A DNA stretch of 64,000 bases, from contig OZ024740.1 of NCBI GenBank assembly GCA_964016885.1, positions 19,468,001 through 19,532,000 on the forward strand. The letters are read 5' to 3'. Under the pieces are notes generated by a model that worked only from the letters and a program-made list of their open reading frames with translations, had not been told where the DNA came from and did no database searches. The first letter of the stretch is position 1, and each line of letters opens with the position of its first letter. The position numbers were made by a program, and so were the translations under genes. Positions 25,224 to 37,700 of the stretch are shown piece by piece. Source of the DNA: Eledone cirrhosa. Lineage: Eukaryota.

Positions 25224-25370
25224 ACGAAGGAAGTGTGGTAAGGAACCAGGTGGACCATAACGCACCAGAGTACTCGATACTTTGTACTTTGAGTAGTAGA
25301 GTGGGTAATATGACTCTACTACCCAAAGTATCGAGCTTGAGCTCTGCCGTCGGGATCTTGACTCTTTTCC

Positions 25371-25405
<35 letters not shown>

Positions 25406-25559
25406 TAGACAAGACAAGACCTAATTCGCTTAACGAGTGGGGTGGAGCACGTCAAATTGGACCGAGGAAACAATGTTTCCACTGCTCTTTTCAATTGCTA
25501 ATACTATCTACCAGACGCAAATCTAGGCAGAGGGAAATAAAATGTCTTGCTCAAGCAAC

Positions 25560-25700
25560 GTGAAATAAAGTGTCTTGCTCAAGCAACGTGAAATAAAGTG
25601 TCTTGCTCAAGGACATAACGCATCACCCGGTTCGGGAATCTAACTCACAATCTCACGATTGCAAATCCAATCCCCTAACCACCCAGCAACGCACCTTCAC
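25560..25700 (-). mobile_element. 5' part of a second tRNA-derived SINE family
   Basis: GTCTTGCTCAAGGAC...GGGAATC.AACTCAC...CCCTAACCAC. Confidence 0.55.
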
Positions 25701-26242
25701 TTCCTGTCGATATAATATATTAATTAGGTGCGTAACAACAGTTACTGGTGCCGCGCCATTCCAAGTACTCAATACTGTTACGAGGTCCGTTTCATTTGTG
25801 TTGTATTCCAATGTTACAGCTGTAGTGTACAGAGTGTAAAATAGATTTAAAAGGGTCAAAGTCAGTGTTGCAGCAAATGTACAAACTTTATTTGTATATT
25901 ACAATTGTTTCGATATCGATCAGCTCAGGGTACAACCAAGGTGAGGGAGCTCGATCATTTTTCGACATCTCATCAGATATGCGAGCTTATATGTGCAAAG
26001 ACGCATGTATACGTAAATAAAACCGTTATTGCTCCAATCAGTCCACAAACACTCAGCAAACACCGTAAACCGAACGTCAAATTACACGCATGACTGCTAT
26101 ATCACTAAACCTCACTCACCCTCCAAATTCAGTGGACCACCCATCCTCCCAAACTTGACTTACATAACCGGACCACAACAGCCACCTAATGAGGAAGACA
26201 GGCATTATCAAGACGCAGCTGTCATATTACATAGTTTCTATA

Positions 26243-26419
26243 TAATTGTTTCTACTGTTGGCACAAGTCCAGCAATTACCAGTGCATTACTGGTACTTTA
26301 TTTTATCGACCCCGTAAGGATGAAAGGCAAAGTTAACCTCGACGGGATTTGAACTCAGACCATAAAGGGACATAACTCTTTTCTGCAAAGCATGACATCA
26401 GATCCTCTACCGATACTGC
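26243..26419 (-). mobile_element. tRNA-derived SINE
   Basis: Same major family. Confidence 0.8.
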
Positions 26420-26536
26420 TATATAATAAAGCCCAAAAAGCTATTATTATCTGCAGCATATATATACTCACATATACATATATATACTTACACATATATA
26501 TATATGTGTGTGTGTGCGTGTGTGCGTGCGTGTGTG

Positions 26537-26641
<105 letters not shown>

Positions 26642-26976
26642 TTAACGTTAAGATAGATTACATTTATGTAACATCTATCTTAACGTTAAGTCATTCAAAG
26701 AAACTCCGTCGCGTTTGATCACCGCCGTAATGCTGGATAGATACGGCGAGTGTGGAGTGCTTTTATCTGTTTAGACCCCTTTATCAACGAGGTGTCGCAT
26801 CGCAATTCTTGCAGATAAGCAACACAGTAATTATCTATAAGTTTCTATTAATGCACTTGTGGTGAATAGTCCTATCTTATAAAGTATCCGAAACTATAAT
26901 GCTGGTGCACGGGAATTCTCCATGTACTTGTCTCTTCCACATTTTCTGTTTCCTACATTTCTCCCACGTGTTTTTC

Positions 26977-27012
<36 letters not shown>

Positions 27013-27013
<1 letters not shown>

Positions 27014-27136
27014 AAGGTAAACTGAAAGAGTCTTAACGTTTCGTACGCTAGTCTTTCATCAGAAAAAAGTATATATATATTTTCTTCTGATGATAGACTA
27101 GCGTACGAAACGTTAAGACCCTTTCAGTTTACCTTT
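27013..27136. mobile_element. Short fold-back element with a hammerhead motif on each strand
   Basis: Arms 27013-27066/27082-27136; tctt-CTGATGA..GAAACGTT-aaga; related tandem copies at ~56850 and ~57240. Confidence 0.6.
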
Positions 27137-27222
27137 TACACACACACACATATATATAGAGAGAGGGGGGTCTATATATATGTAGTCTCGATAGATAGAA
27201 AGAAAGAAAGAAAGAAAGAGAT

Positions 27223-27407
27223 AATTGTTTCTACTTTTGGCACAAGGCCAGTAATTACCCAGTGTATTACTTGTACTTTATTTTATCGACCTCGTAAGGA
27301 TGAAAGGTAAAGTTAACCTCGGCGAGATTTGAACTCAGAATGGAAAGGGCTGTAACTCTTTGCGTCAAAGCATGGCGTCCGACCCTCTACCGATACTGCC
27401 ATCCACC
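27223..27407 (-). mobile_element. tRNA-derived SINE
   Basis: Same major family; a diverged relative at 28625-28791. Confidence 0.8.
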
Positions 27408-28549
27408 AGAGATAATGGAAGAGAGTAAGATTTTTTTGATTTAAAGTGTTTAAAAAATCGTTGAGACCCAGAAAAATAAAATAAACATTACAAATTGTGT
27501 TAGAGAACTGCAACGTTTGTAGTGTGAGGAAAGCAGACGATAAGTAAATAGGAGCGAGATGTTTTTGAGAGGGGGACAACGTCTGTTATCTACATTAGTA
27601 TTTAACGTATAAAGTTACCTTTAAATAAATGTAAGGGCGATACATACCTTACCATGGCTGGAAATAGGGCTAACGGAAGTATAAAAAATAAGGGAGGAAC
27701 GACAGAGAAGATAGTAGTAGTGGTGGTGGTGGTGGTGGTGGTGGTGGTAGTAGTAGTAGTAGTAGTGGTGGTGGTGGTGGTGATGGTGGTGGTGGTGGTG
27801 GTGGTGGAAGTAATGGTGGTGGTGGGGGAGATCTCCCACCCACCCGAAAGTGGGTGGGAGATGTCTTCTCTTGTGAAAATTGGTATAGCTTTCATTATGT
27901 AAAATCTACCCATTTTGCCTCATTTCTTTCCGTTTTGGGGCACTTTTCTTCATGGTACTCCCCGTTTGGGTTTTTATAGGTTGGCCTGTCTGTAAGGACA
28001 GTTGTTCTATCTTCGTGATAAATTCAGCTGGTGGCCGGATCTGTCCTTTACACAATAACAGACATAAACACAGCAATCAGTAGTATATTAACACTGAAAG
28101 AACATATGACAGTCGGTTTGGTCACTCTGTACATATCTTTGACAGGTTCGGTTGCTGGTAGTTCCAGCACTGCCACGTATGTTGTATGTATGGTCCCATA
28201 ACTCCTGATAGAAGCGTAGGGGCGCCGTATTGGCATACAACGTTTCGTGAGTATTTTAAACCTGGCGGAGCCCATCCCTCCCCAGGCCTGAGTACAGCAG
28301 ATTTCTTCCAGAGAAGGATAGAAAATGAGAGAGGAAATGAGAAAGAGATATAGAAGAAGAATCGACCCCAGTACTAGACTGGTACTATATATATATATAT
28401 ATATATATATAACAAAGGAAATGTGGTAAGGCACCAGATGGACCATAACGCACCAGCGTACTCAATACTTAGGGTAGTAGAGTGGTAAATAGGAAAAAGT
28501 ATGACCCCGACGGCAGAGCTCTAGCCGTTTCGACGGGGTCATACTTTTT

Positions 28550-28606
<57 letters not shown>

Positions 28607-28799
28607 TGAGAGAGAGATATAGAGGAAGAATTGACCCTAGTACTAAACTGGTACTTTTTTTATCGACCTCGAAAGGATGAAAGGCAAAGTTTACCTTGGC
28701 TGGATTTGAACTGAGAGAGCAGAGAGCAGAGCTAGAAGGAATACCATAAAGCATTCTATCTGACATTCTAACGACTCTGCCAATTCACCACCTATCACG

Positions 28800-29045
28800 T
28801 ATGTTGACGTTATCCTAAACCAACAACGCTTCTGCCGGGACAGTTAAGTTGGCCCAGGTTTGCTCCTGTTTGATGAGCTTTCATGCCTGGGCCAACTTTG
28901 TTTCCTTGTCTGTCAAGTCTATGTTGAAGCATGGCCTTTTCTTGGCTGCTGCCGCAGCGAAAGTGTTCTTGTTGTTGTCGTTGGTGTTGTTGTTGTCGTT
29001 GTTACTGTTGGTGTTGCTGCTGCTATCACTGTTGCAGCCGGTATT
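28800..29045 (-). pseudogene. Degenerate Tx1-family ORF1 N-terminal fragment
   Basis: NNDNNNTNDNNKNTFAAAAAKKRPCFNIDLTDKETKLAQA*KLI aligns with copy-1 ORF1 NNTNNDRATFAQKTKQSITYTPIDLTAAREKLAEAKKHI. Confidence 0.6.
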
Positions 29046-29047
29046 AT

Positions 29048-29153
29048 AAAAATCAGTTTAATATCGATGGTTCCATATAGAGACCGTATCAGATATTAAG
29101 CTGATAAGAACAGATACTATACTTTGATCTTAACCAAAAGGCCGAGAAGCGGT
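29048..29153 (-). pseudogene. RNU2: U2 snRNA 5' portion (~nt 1-105, up to the Sm site), pseudogene
   Basis: Minus strand reads ACCGCTTCTCGGCCTTTTGGTTAAGATCAAAGTATAGTATCTGTTCTTATCAGCTTAATATCTGATAC...GATTTTT. GTGTAGTA is changed to GTATAGTA and the 3' stem-loops are absent. Confidence 0.92.
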
Positions 29154-29242
29154 CTTTTGGTTAAGATCTGGTTTCTCCTCACCCCGAGCGGATAAATATT
29201 TCGCCTTTTACTAAATCAACAACATTATCAGAATGTAGTAGA

Positions 29243-29431
29243 GGGCGGTGGATTGGCAGTATCGGTAGAGGGTCGGATGCCATGCTTTGCAGCACAGTTA
29301 CGTCCCTTTACGGACTGAGTTCAAATCCCGTCGAGGTTAACTTTGCCTTTCATCCTTACGGGGTCGATAAAATAAAGTACCAGTAATACACTGAGATAAT
29401 TGCTGGCCTTGTGCCAAAAGTAGAAACAATT
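29243..29431 (+). mobile_element. tRNA-derived SINE
   Basis: Near full-length copy with A- and B-boxes. Confidence 0.85.
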
Positions 29432-29839
29432 TTCATAATGTAGTACTACTAAGCCAAGGGAGTTTAGAATAAACCCCAGTGTGAATGTCCTCCAGAAGAA
29501 ACTACTTAATGTCCTCGTCAGCAGCCAAAATTGCTCCCATACTATCGATAATCTTATCATGAACTAACCCTCCTTGAAATATCATAATTGCCTTTATACT
29601 GACCACCTACCCAGCAGGTAGAGTACAGTTAGAGCCTAGCACCATGCCTGATGCCAAAGGTCAAATTTTGGTTTGCACTTCTCCTGGGAAGGACTACAGC
29701 TTGGTCAAAGAGAAGAGCATCCAACAATGGCAACGAATGAGGAAACATTTACAGTTACAAAGGTAGATTACTGACAGAGAAAGGCCACGTATTTGGGAAG
29801 GAAAGGCGTATAGAAGATTTCTACCTAGCCCAATATTTG

Positions 29840-30357
29840 ATTGGTCCTTTATTTTATCAGCACCGGAAGGATGAGAAACAGTGTTGAGTCAGACGGGATT
29901 TGAACATAGAAGTGTAAAGATCCATAAATACACAGGAAGTATGCTGCCGACATTCTACCGATTCTGCCATCCACTGAGCCCTTAATATCTAACATAACAC
30001 CGCAAATATTTTATATGTATATGTAAGGGGAATGTATTGTGTGGTTGGAAGGTGTGGTGAGTGTAGGAGTGTAAAGATGAAAGGCAATAATTTGAACTGA
30101 GATTGTAAAGGGCCGTAACTCTATGCTACAACGTATGCTGCCGATGCTCTACCGACACTGTCAATCCATCGCCCTTAATTCGGTGAATATACTTTTGGCA
30201 CAAGGCCAGCAATAACGCCAGTGTATTACTGGTACTTTATTTTATCAACCCCGTAAGGATGAAAGGTAAAGTTAACCTCGACGGGATTTGAACTCATACC
30301 ATAAAGGGACATAACTCTATGCTAGAAAGCATGGCGTCCGACCCTCTACCGATACTG
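29840..30357 (-). mobile_element. Cluster of three SINE copies/fragments (~29840-29975, 30070-30175, 30191-30357)
   Basis: Family body motifs present. Confidence 0.7.
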
Positions 30358-30429
30358 ATTATTTCGTACATTGGTAGATGACAATATAGTGTGGGGGAGG
30401 GGGCTATAGTTGATTATATCGTATAAGAT

Positions 30430-30774
30430 GGAAGAATGAATGAAAGAATAAATGAAAGAAAGAGAAAAAGAAAGAAAGAAAGAAAAAATGAATGAATGAA
30501 AGAATGAATGAGAGAAAGAAAGAATGAATGAACTATTGAATGAAAAGAGATAGAAAGAAAGAAAGAAGGAAAGAAAGAAAGAGAGAAAGAAAGAAAGAAA
30601 GAAAGAATGAAAGAAAGAAAGAAAGAAAGAGAGAAAGAAAGAAAGGAAGGAAAGAAGAAAGAGAGAAATAAAGAATGAAAGAAAGAAAGAAAGAAAGAAA
30701 GAAACAAGGAAAGAAAGAAAGAATGAAAGAAAGAAAGAAAGAAAGAAACAAGGAAAGAAAGAAAGAATGAATGT

Positions 30775-30806
<32 letters not shown>

Positions 30807-31590
30807 AACAAGGAAAGAAAGAAAGAATGAATGTAAGAAAGAAAGAAAGAAAGAAAGAAAGAATGAAAGAATGAAAGAAAGAAAAAAAAAGAAACAAAGA
30901 AAGAAAGAAAGCGGCCATGAAGAAATATGAAGTAAATAAATAACGGGAAAATAAATATGACGAAATAAAGAAAGAAAAAGAAAGTGTACAAGATAACAGA
31001 ATGAGATAAAGGGGGGAGAAAGTGAAGGTAGAGGGAGAGAGGGGGAGAATAAGAGAGAGAGAGTGTGTGAGAGAGAGGGAGTGAGAGAGAGAATGAGAGA
31101 GAGAGAATGAGAGAGAGAGAGAATGAGAGAGAGAGTGAGAGAGTGAGAGTGAGAGAGAGAATGAGAGAGAGAGTGAGAGAGTGAGAGAGTGAGAGAATGA
31201 GAGAGAGAGTGAGAGAGTGAGAGAGAGTGAGAGAGAGATGGTTTATGTGTCAGTTTACTGGTATCACGTGAGATTTAATGAATGAAAACTGCTGATTGTT
31301 CACCAGCTGCTTCCTTTACTCATCTTTACTACACCATAACCACCACCATCACCATCACCATCACCACCACCATCACCATAACCACCATCATAAACATCAC
31401 CATCACCACCACCATCAACATAACAATCATCATAACCATTACCATCACCATCATCATAACCATCACCATCATCATAACCATTACCATCACCATCATCATA
31501 ACCATTACCATCGCCATCATCATAACCATCATCATAACCATCACCATTACTATTCACATTACTATTAACTCCACTACCATCACCATCATT
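30430..31590. repeat. (GAAA)n, (GA)n and (CAT/CAC)n simple repeats
   Basis: Directly read. Confidence 0.95.
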
Positions 31591-31774
31591 ATTATCCATC
31601 AGCAAGGTATCTTGGACAAGTGACCCCACCTTGGCCTCGGGTCGGCCCAAGCCTTGAGAGTGAAATATTGTTAGATGGAAACTGTATGGGACCCATTAGA
31701 TGTATTGTACCTGTAATATATTATGTCAGGTTCTGTCGGAGAACTACGTTAAGGGCAGTACTGGACTACCTATA

Positions 31775-34700
31775 AGCTAAATAAGTCATAGCTTAGGGCC
31801 ACACGCCCTTGGGAGAGCCTCAATGTAGACAGTGCTAGACTTACCTATAAGTCATAGCTTAGGGCCACACACCCTCAGGGGGGCCTCAATGTAGACAGTG
31901 CTAGACTTACCTATAAGTCATAGATTAGGGCCACACACTCTCGGGAGAGCCTCAATGTAGACAGTGCTAGACTTACCTATAAGTCATAGCTTAGGACCAC
32001 ACACCCTCAGGAGGGCCTCAATGTAGACAGTGCTAGACTTACCTATAAGTCATAGCTTAGGGCCACACACTCTCGGGAGAGCCTCAATGTAGCCAGTGCT
32101 AGACTTACCTATAAGTCATAGCTTAGAGCCACACACCCTCGGGAGGGCCTCAATGTAGACAGTGCTAGACTTACCTATAAGTCATAGCTTAGGGCCACAC
32201 ACCCTCAGGATGGCCTCAATGTAGACAGTGCTAGACTTACCTATAAGTCATAGCTTAGGGCCACACACTCTCGGGAGAGCCTCAATGTAGCCAGTGCTAG
32301 ACTTACCTATAAGTCATAGCTTAGGGCCACACACCCTCGGGAGGGCCTCAATGTAGACAGTGCTAGACTTACCTATAAGTCATAGCTTAGGGCCACACAC
32401 CCTCAGGATGGCCTCAATGTAGACAGTGCTAGACTTACCTATAAGTCATAGCTTAGGGCCACACACTCTCGGGAGAGCCTCAATGTAGCCAGTGCTAGAC
32501 TTACCTATAAGTCATAGCTTAGGGCCACACGCCCTCGGGAGAGCCTCAATGTAGACAGTGCTAGACTTACCTATAAGTCATAGCTTAGGGCCACACACCC
32601 TAAGGAGGGCCTCAATGTAGACAGTGCTAGACTTACCTATAAGTCATAGCTTAGAGCCACACACCCTCGGGAGAGCCTCAATGTAGCCAGTGCTAGACTT
32701 GCCTATAAGTCATAGCTTAGGGCCACACACCCTCAGGAGGGCCTCAATGTAGACAGTGCTAGACTTACCTATAAGTCATAGCTTAGGGCCACACACCCTC
32801 GGGAGAGCCTCAATGTAGACAGTGCTAGACTTACCTATAAGTCATAGCTTAGGGCCACACGCCCTCGGGAGAGCCTCAATGTAGACAGTGCTCGACATAC
32901 CTATAAGTCATAGCTTAGAGCCACACGACCTCGGGAGAGCCTCAATGTAGACAGTGCTAGACTTACCTATAAGTCATAGCTTAGGGCCACACACCCTAAG
33001 GAGGGCCTCAATGTAGACAGTGCTAGACTTACCTATAAGTCATAGCTTAGAGCCACACACCCTCGGGAGAGCCTCAATGTAGCCAGTGCTAGACTTACCT
33101 ATAAGTCATAGCTTAGGGCCACACACCCTCGGGAGGGCCTCAATGTAGACAGTGCTAGACTTACCTATAAGTCATAGCTTAGGGCCACACACCCTAAGGA
33201 GGGCCTCAATGTAGACAGTGCTAGACTTACCTATAAGTCATAGCTTAGGGCCACACACCCTCGGGAGGGCCTCAATGTAGACAGTGCTAGACTTACCTAT
33301 AAGTCATAGCTTAGGGCCACACACCCTAAGGAGGGCCTCAATGTAGCCAGTGCTAGACTTACCTATAAGTCATAGCTTAGGGCCACACACCCTCGGGAGG
33401 GCCTCAATGTAGACAGTGCTAGACTTACCTATAAGTCATAGCTTAGGGCCACACACCCTAAGGAGGGCCTCAATGTAGACAGTGCTAGACTTACCTATAA
33501 GTCATAGCTTAGGGCCACACACCCTCGGGAGGGCCTCAATGTAGACAGTGCTAGACTTACCTATAAGTCATAGCTTGGAGCCACACACCCTCAGGAGGGC
33601 CTCAATGTAGACAGTGCTAGACTTACCTATAAGTCATAGCTTGGAGCCACACACCCTCAGGAGGGCCTCAATGTAGACAGTGCTAGACTTACCTATAAGT
33701 CATAGCTTGGAGCCACACACCCTCAGGAGGGCCTCAATGTAGACAGTGCTAGACTTACCTATAAGTCATAGCTTGGAGCCACACACCCTCAGGAGGGCCT
33801 CAATGTAGACAGTGCTAGACGTACCTATAAGTCATAGCTTAGGGCCACAGACTCTCGGGAGAGCCTCAATGTAGCCAGTGCTAGACTTACCTATAAGTCT
33901 TAGCTTAGGGCCACACGCCCTCGGGAGAGCCTCAATGTAGCCAGTGCTAGACTTACCTATAAGTCATAGTTTAGGGCCACACACACTCGGGAGAGCCTCA
34001 ATGTAGACAGTGCTAGACTTACCTATAAGTCATAGCTTAGGGCCACACACCCTCAGGATGGCCTCAATGTAGACAGTGCTAGACTTACCTATAAGTCATA
34101 GTTTAGGGCCACACACACTCGGGAGAGCCTCAATGTAGACAGTGCTAGACTTACCTAGAAGTCATAGCTTAGGGCCACACGCACTCGGGAGAGCCTCAAT
34201 GTAGACAGTGCTAGACTTACCTATAAGTCATAGCTTAGGGCCACACACCCTCAGGATGGCCTCAATGTAGACAGTGCTAGACTTACCTATAAGTCATAGC
34301 TTAGGGCCACACACCGTCAGGAGGGCCTCAATGTAGACAGTGCTAGACTTACCTATAAGTCATAGCTTAGGGCCACACACCCTCAGGATGGCCTCAATGT
34401 AGACAGTGCTAGACTTACCTATAAGTCATAGCTTAGGGCCACACACCCTCAGGACGGCCTCAATGTAGCCAGTGCTAGACTTACCTATAAGTCATAGCTT
34501 AGGGCCACCCACCCTCGGGAGAGCCTCAATGTAGACAGTGCTAGACTTACCTATAAGTTATAGCTTAGGGCCACACACCCTCGGGAGAGCCTCAATGTAG
34601 CCAGTGCTAGACTTACCTATAAGTCATAGCTTAGGGCCACACGGCCTCGGGAGAGCCTCAATGTAGCCAGTGCTAGACTTACCTATAAGTCATAGATTAG

Positions 34701-37700
34701 GGCCACATACCCTCAGGATGGCCTCAATGTAGCCAGTACTAGACTTACCTATAAGTCATAGCTTAGGGCCACACACTCTCGGGAGGGCCTGAGTGTAGCC
34801 AGTACTAGACTTACCTATAAGTCATAGCTTAGGGCCACACACTCTCGGGAGGGCCTGAGTGTAGCCAGTGCTAGACTTACCTATAAGTCATAGCTTAGGG
34901 CCACACACTCTCGGGAGGGCCTGAGTCTAGCCAGTACTAGACTTACCTATAAGTCATAGCTTAGGGCCACACGCCCTCGGGAGAGCCTCAATGTAGCCAG
35001 TACTAGACTTACCTATAAGTCATAGCCTAGGGTCACACATCCTTAGCAGGGCCTCAATGTAGACAGTGCTAGACTTACCTATAAGTCATAGCTTAGGGCC
35101 ACACACTCTCGGGAGAGCCTCAATGTAGACAGTGCTAGACTTACCTATAAGTCATAGCTTAGGGCCACACACTCTCGGGAGAGCCTCAATGTAGACAGTG
35201 CTAGACTTACCTATAAGTCATAGCTTAGGGCCACACACCCTCGGGAGAGCCTCAATGTAGACAGTGCTAGACTTACCTATAAGTCATAGCTTAGGGCCAC
35301 ACACTCTCGAGAGAGCCTCAATGTAGCCAGTGCTAGACTTACCTATAAGTCATAGCTTAGAGCCACACACCCTCGGGAGGGCCTCAATGTAGACAGTGCT
35401 AGACTTACCTATAAGTCATAGCTTAGGGCCACACACCCTCAGGATGGCCTCAATGTAGACAGTGCTAGACTTACCTATAAGTCATAGCTTAGGGCCACAC
35501 ACTCTCGGGGAGCCTCAATGTAGCCAGTGCTAGACTTACCTATAAGTCATAGCTTAGGGCCACACGCTCTCGGGAGAGCCTCAATGTAGACAGTGCTAGA
35601 CTTACCTATAAGTCACAGCTTAGAGCCACACGCCCTCGGGAGAGCCTCAATGTAGACAGTGCTAGACATACCTATAAGTCATAGCTTAGAGCCACACGCC
35701 CTCGGGAGGGCCTCAATGTAGACAGTGCTAGACTTACCTATAAGTCATAGCTTAGCGCCACACACCCTCAGGATGGCCTCAATGTAGACAGTGCTAGACT
35801 TACCTATAAGTCATAGCTTAGGGCCACACACCCTCAGGAGGGCCTCAATGTAGACAGTGTTAGACTTACCTATAAGTCATAGCTCAGGGCCACACACCCT
35901 CAGGAGGGCCTCAATGTAGACAGTGTTAGACTTACCTATAAGTCATAGCTTAGAGCCACACACCCTCAGGAGGGCCTCAATGTAGACAGTGCTAGACTTA
36001 CCTATAAGTCATAGCTTAGGGCCACACACTCTCGGGAGAGCCTCAATGTAGCCAGTGCTAGACTTACCTAAAAGTCTTAGCTTAGGGCCACACACCCTCG
36101 GGAGAGCCTCAATGTAGCCAGTGCTAGACTTACCTATAAGTCATAGCTTAGGGCCACACACCCTCAGGAGGGCCTCAATGTAGCCAGTGCTAGACTTACC
36201 TATAAGTCATAGCTTAGAGCCACACACCCTTAGGAGGGTCTCAATGTAGACAGTGCTAGACTTACCTAAAGTCATAGCTTAGAGCCACACACCCTCAGGA
36301 GGGCCTCAATGTAGCCAGTGCTAGACTTACCTATAAGTCATAGCTTAGGGCCACACACCCTCAGGAGGGCCTCAATGTAGACAGTGCTAGACTTACCTAT
36401 AAGTCATAGCTTAGGGCCACACACCCTCGGGAGAGCCTCAATGTAGCCAGTGCTAGACTTACCTATAAGTCATAGCTTAGGGCCACATACCCTCAGGATG
36501 GCCTCAATGTAGCCAGTACTAGACTTACCTATAAGTCATAGCTTAGGGCCACACACTCTCGGGAGGGCCTGAGTGTAGCCAGTACTAGACTTACCTATAA
36601 GTCATAGCTTAGGGCCACACACTCTCGGGAGGGCCTGAGTGTAGCCAGTGCTAGACTTACCTATAAGTCATAGCTTAGAGCCACACACCCTTAGGAGGGT
36701 CTCAATGTAGACAGTGCTAGACTTACCTATAAGTCATAGCTTAGAGCCACACACCCTCAGGAGGGCCTCAATGTAGCCAGTGCTAGACTTACCTATAAGT
36801 CATAGCTTAGGGCCACACACCCTCGGGAGAGCCTCAATGTAGCCAGTGCTAGACTTACCTATAAGTCATAGCTTAGGGCCACACGCCCTCGGGAGAGCCT
36901 CAATGTAGTCAGTGCTAGACTTACCTATAAGTCATAGCTTAGGGCCACATACCCTCAGGATGGCCTCAATGTAGCCAGTACTAGACTTCCCTATAAGTCA
37001 TAGCTTAGGGCCACACACTCTCGGGAGGGCCTGAGTGTAGCCAGTACTAGACTTACCTATAAGTCATAGCTTAGGGTCACACACTCTCGGGAGGGCCTGA
37101 GTGTAGCCAGTGCTAGACTTACCTATAAGTCATAGCTTAGGGCCACACACTCTCGGGAGGGCCTGAGTGTAGCCAGTACTAGACTTACCTATAAGTCATA
37201 GCTTAGGGCCACACGCACTCGGGAGAGCCTCAATGTAGCCAGTACTAGACTTACCTGTAAGTCATAGCTTAGGGTCACACATCCTTAGCAGGGCCTCAAT
37301 GTAGACAGTGCTAGACTTACCTATAAGTCATAGCTTAGGGCCACACACTCTCGGGAGAGCCTCAATGTCGACAGTGCTAGACTTACCTATAAGTCATAGC
37401 TTAGGGCCACACACTCTCGGGAGAGCCTCAATGTAGACAGTACTAGACTTACATATAAGTCATAGCTTAGGGCCACACACCCTCGGGAGAGCCTCAATGT
37501 AGACAGTGCTAGACTTACCTATAAGTCATAGCTTAGGGCCACACACTCTCGAGAGAGCCTCAATGTAGCCAGTGCTAGACTTACCTATAAGTCATAGCTT
37601 AGAGTCACACACCCTCGGGAGGGCCTTAATGTAGACAGTGCTAGACTTACCTATAAGTCATAGCTTAGGGCCACACACCCTCAGGATGGCCTCAATGTAG

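Noticed and set aside
27900-28320. Possible further degenerate LINE ORF1 fragment
   Set aside because: Only faint similarity (VIV.RT.P) by eye; cannot be supported without an alignment.
29048-29153. Functional U2 snRNA gene
   Set aside because: 3' stem-loops are missing, there are substitutions at nt 2, next to the branch-point pairing region and in the Sm site, and no recognisable snRNA gene context.
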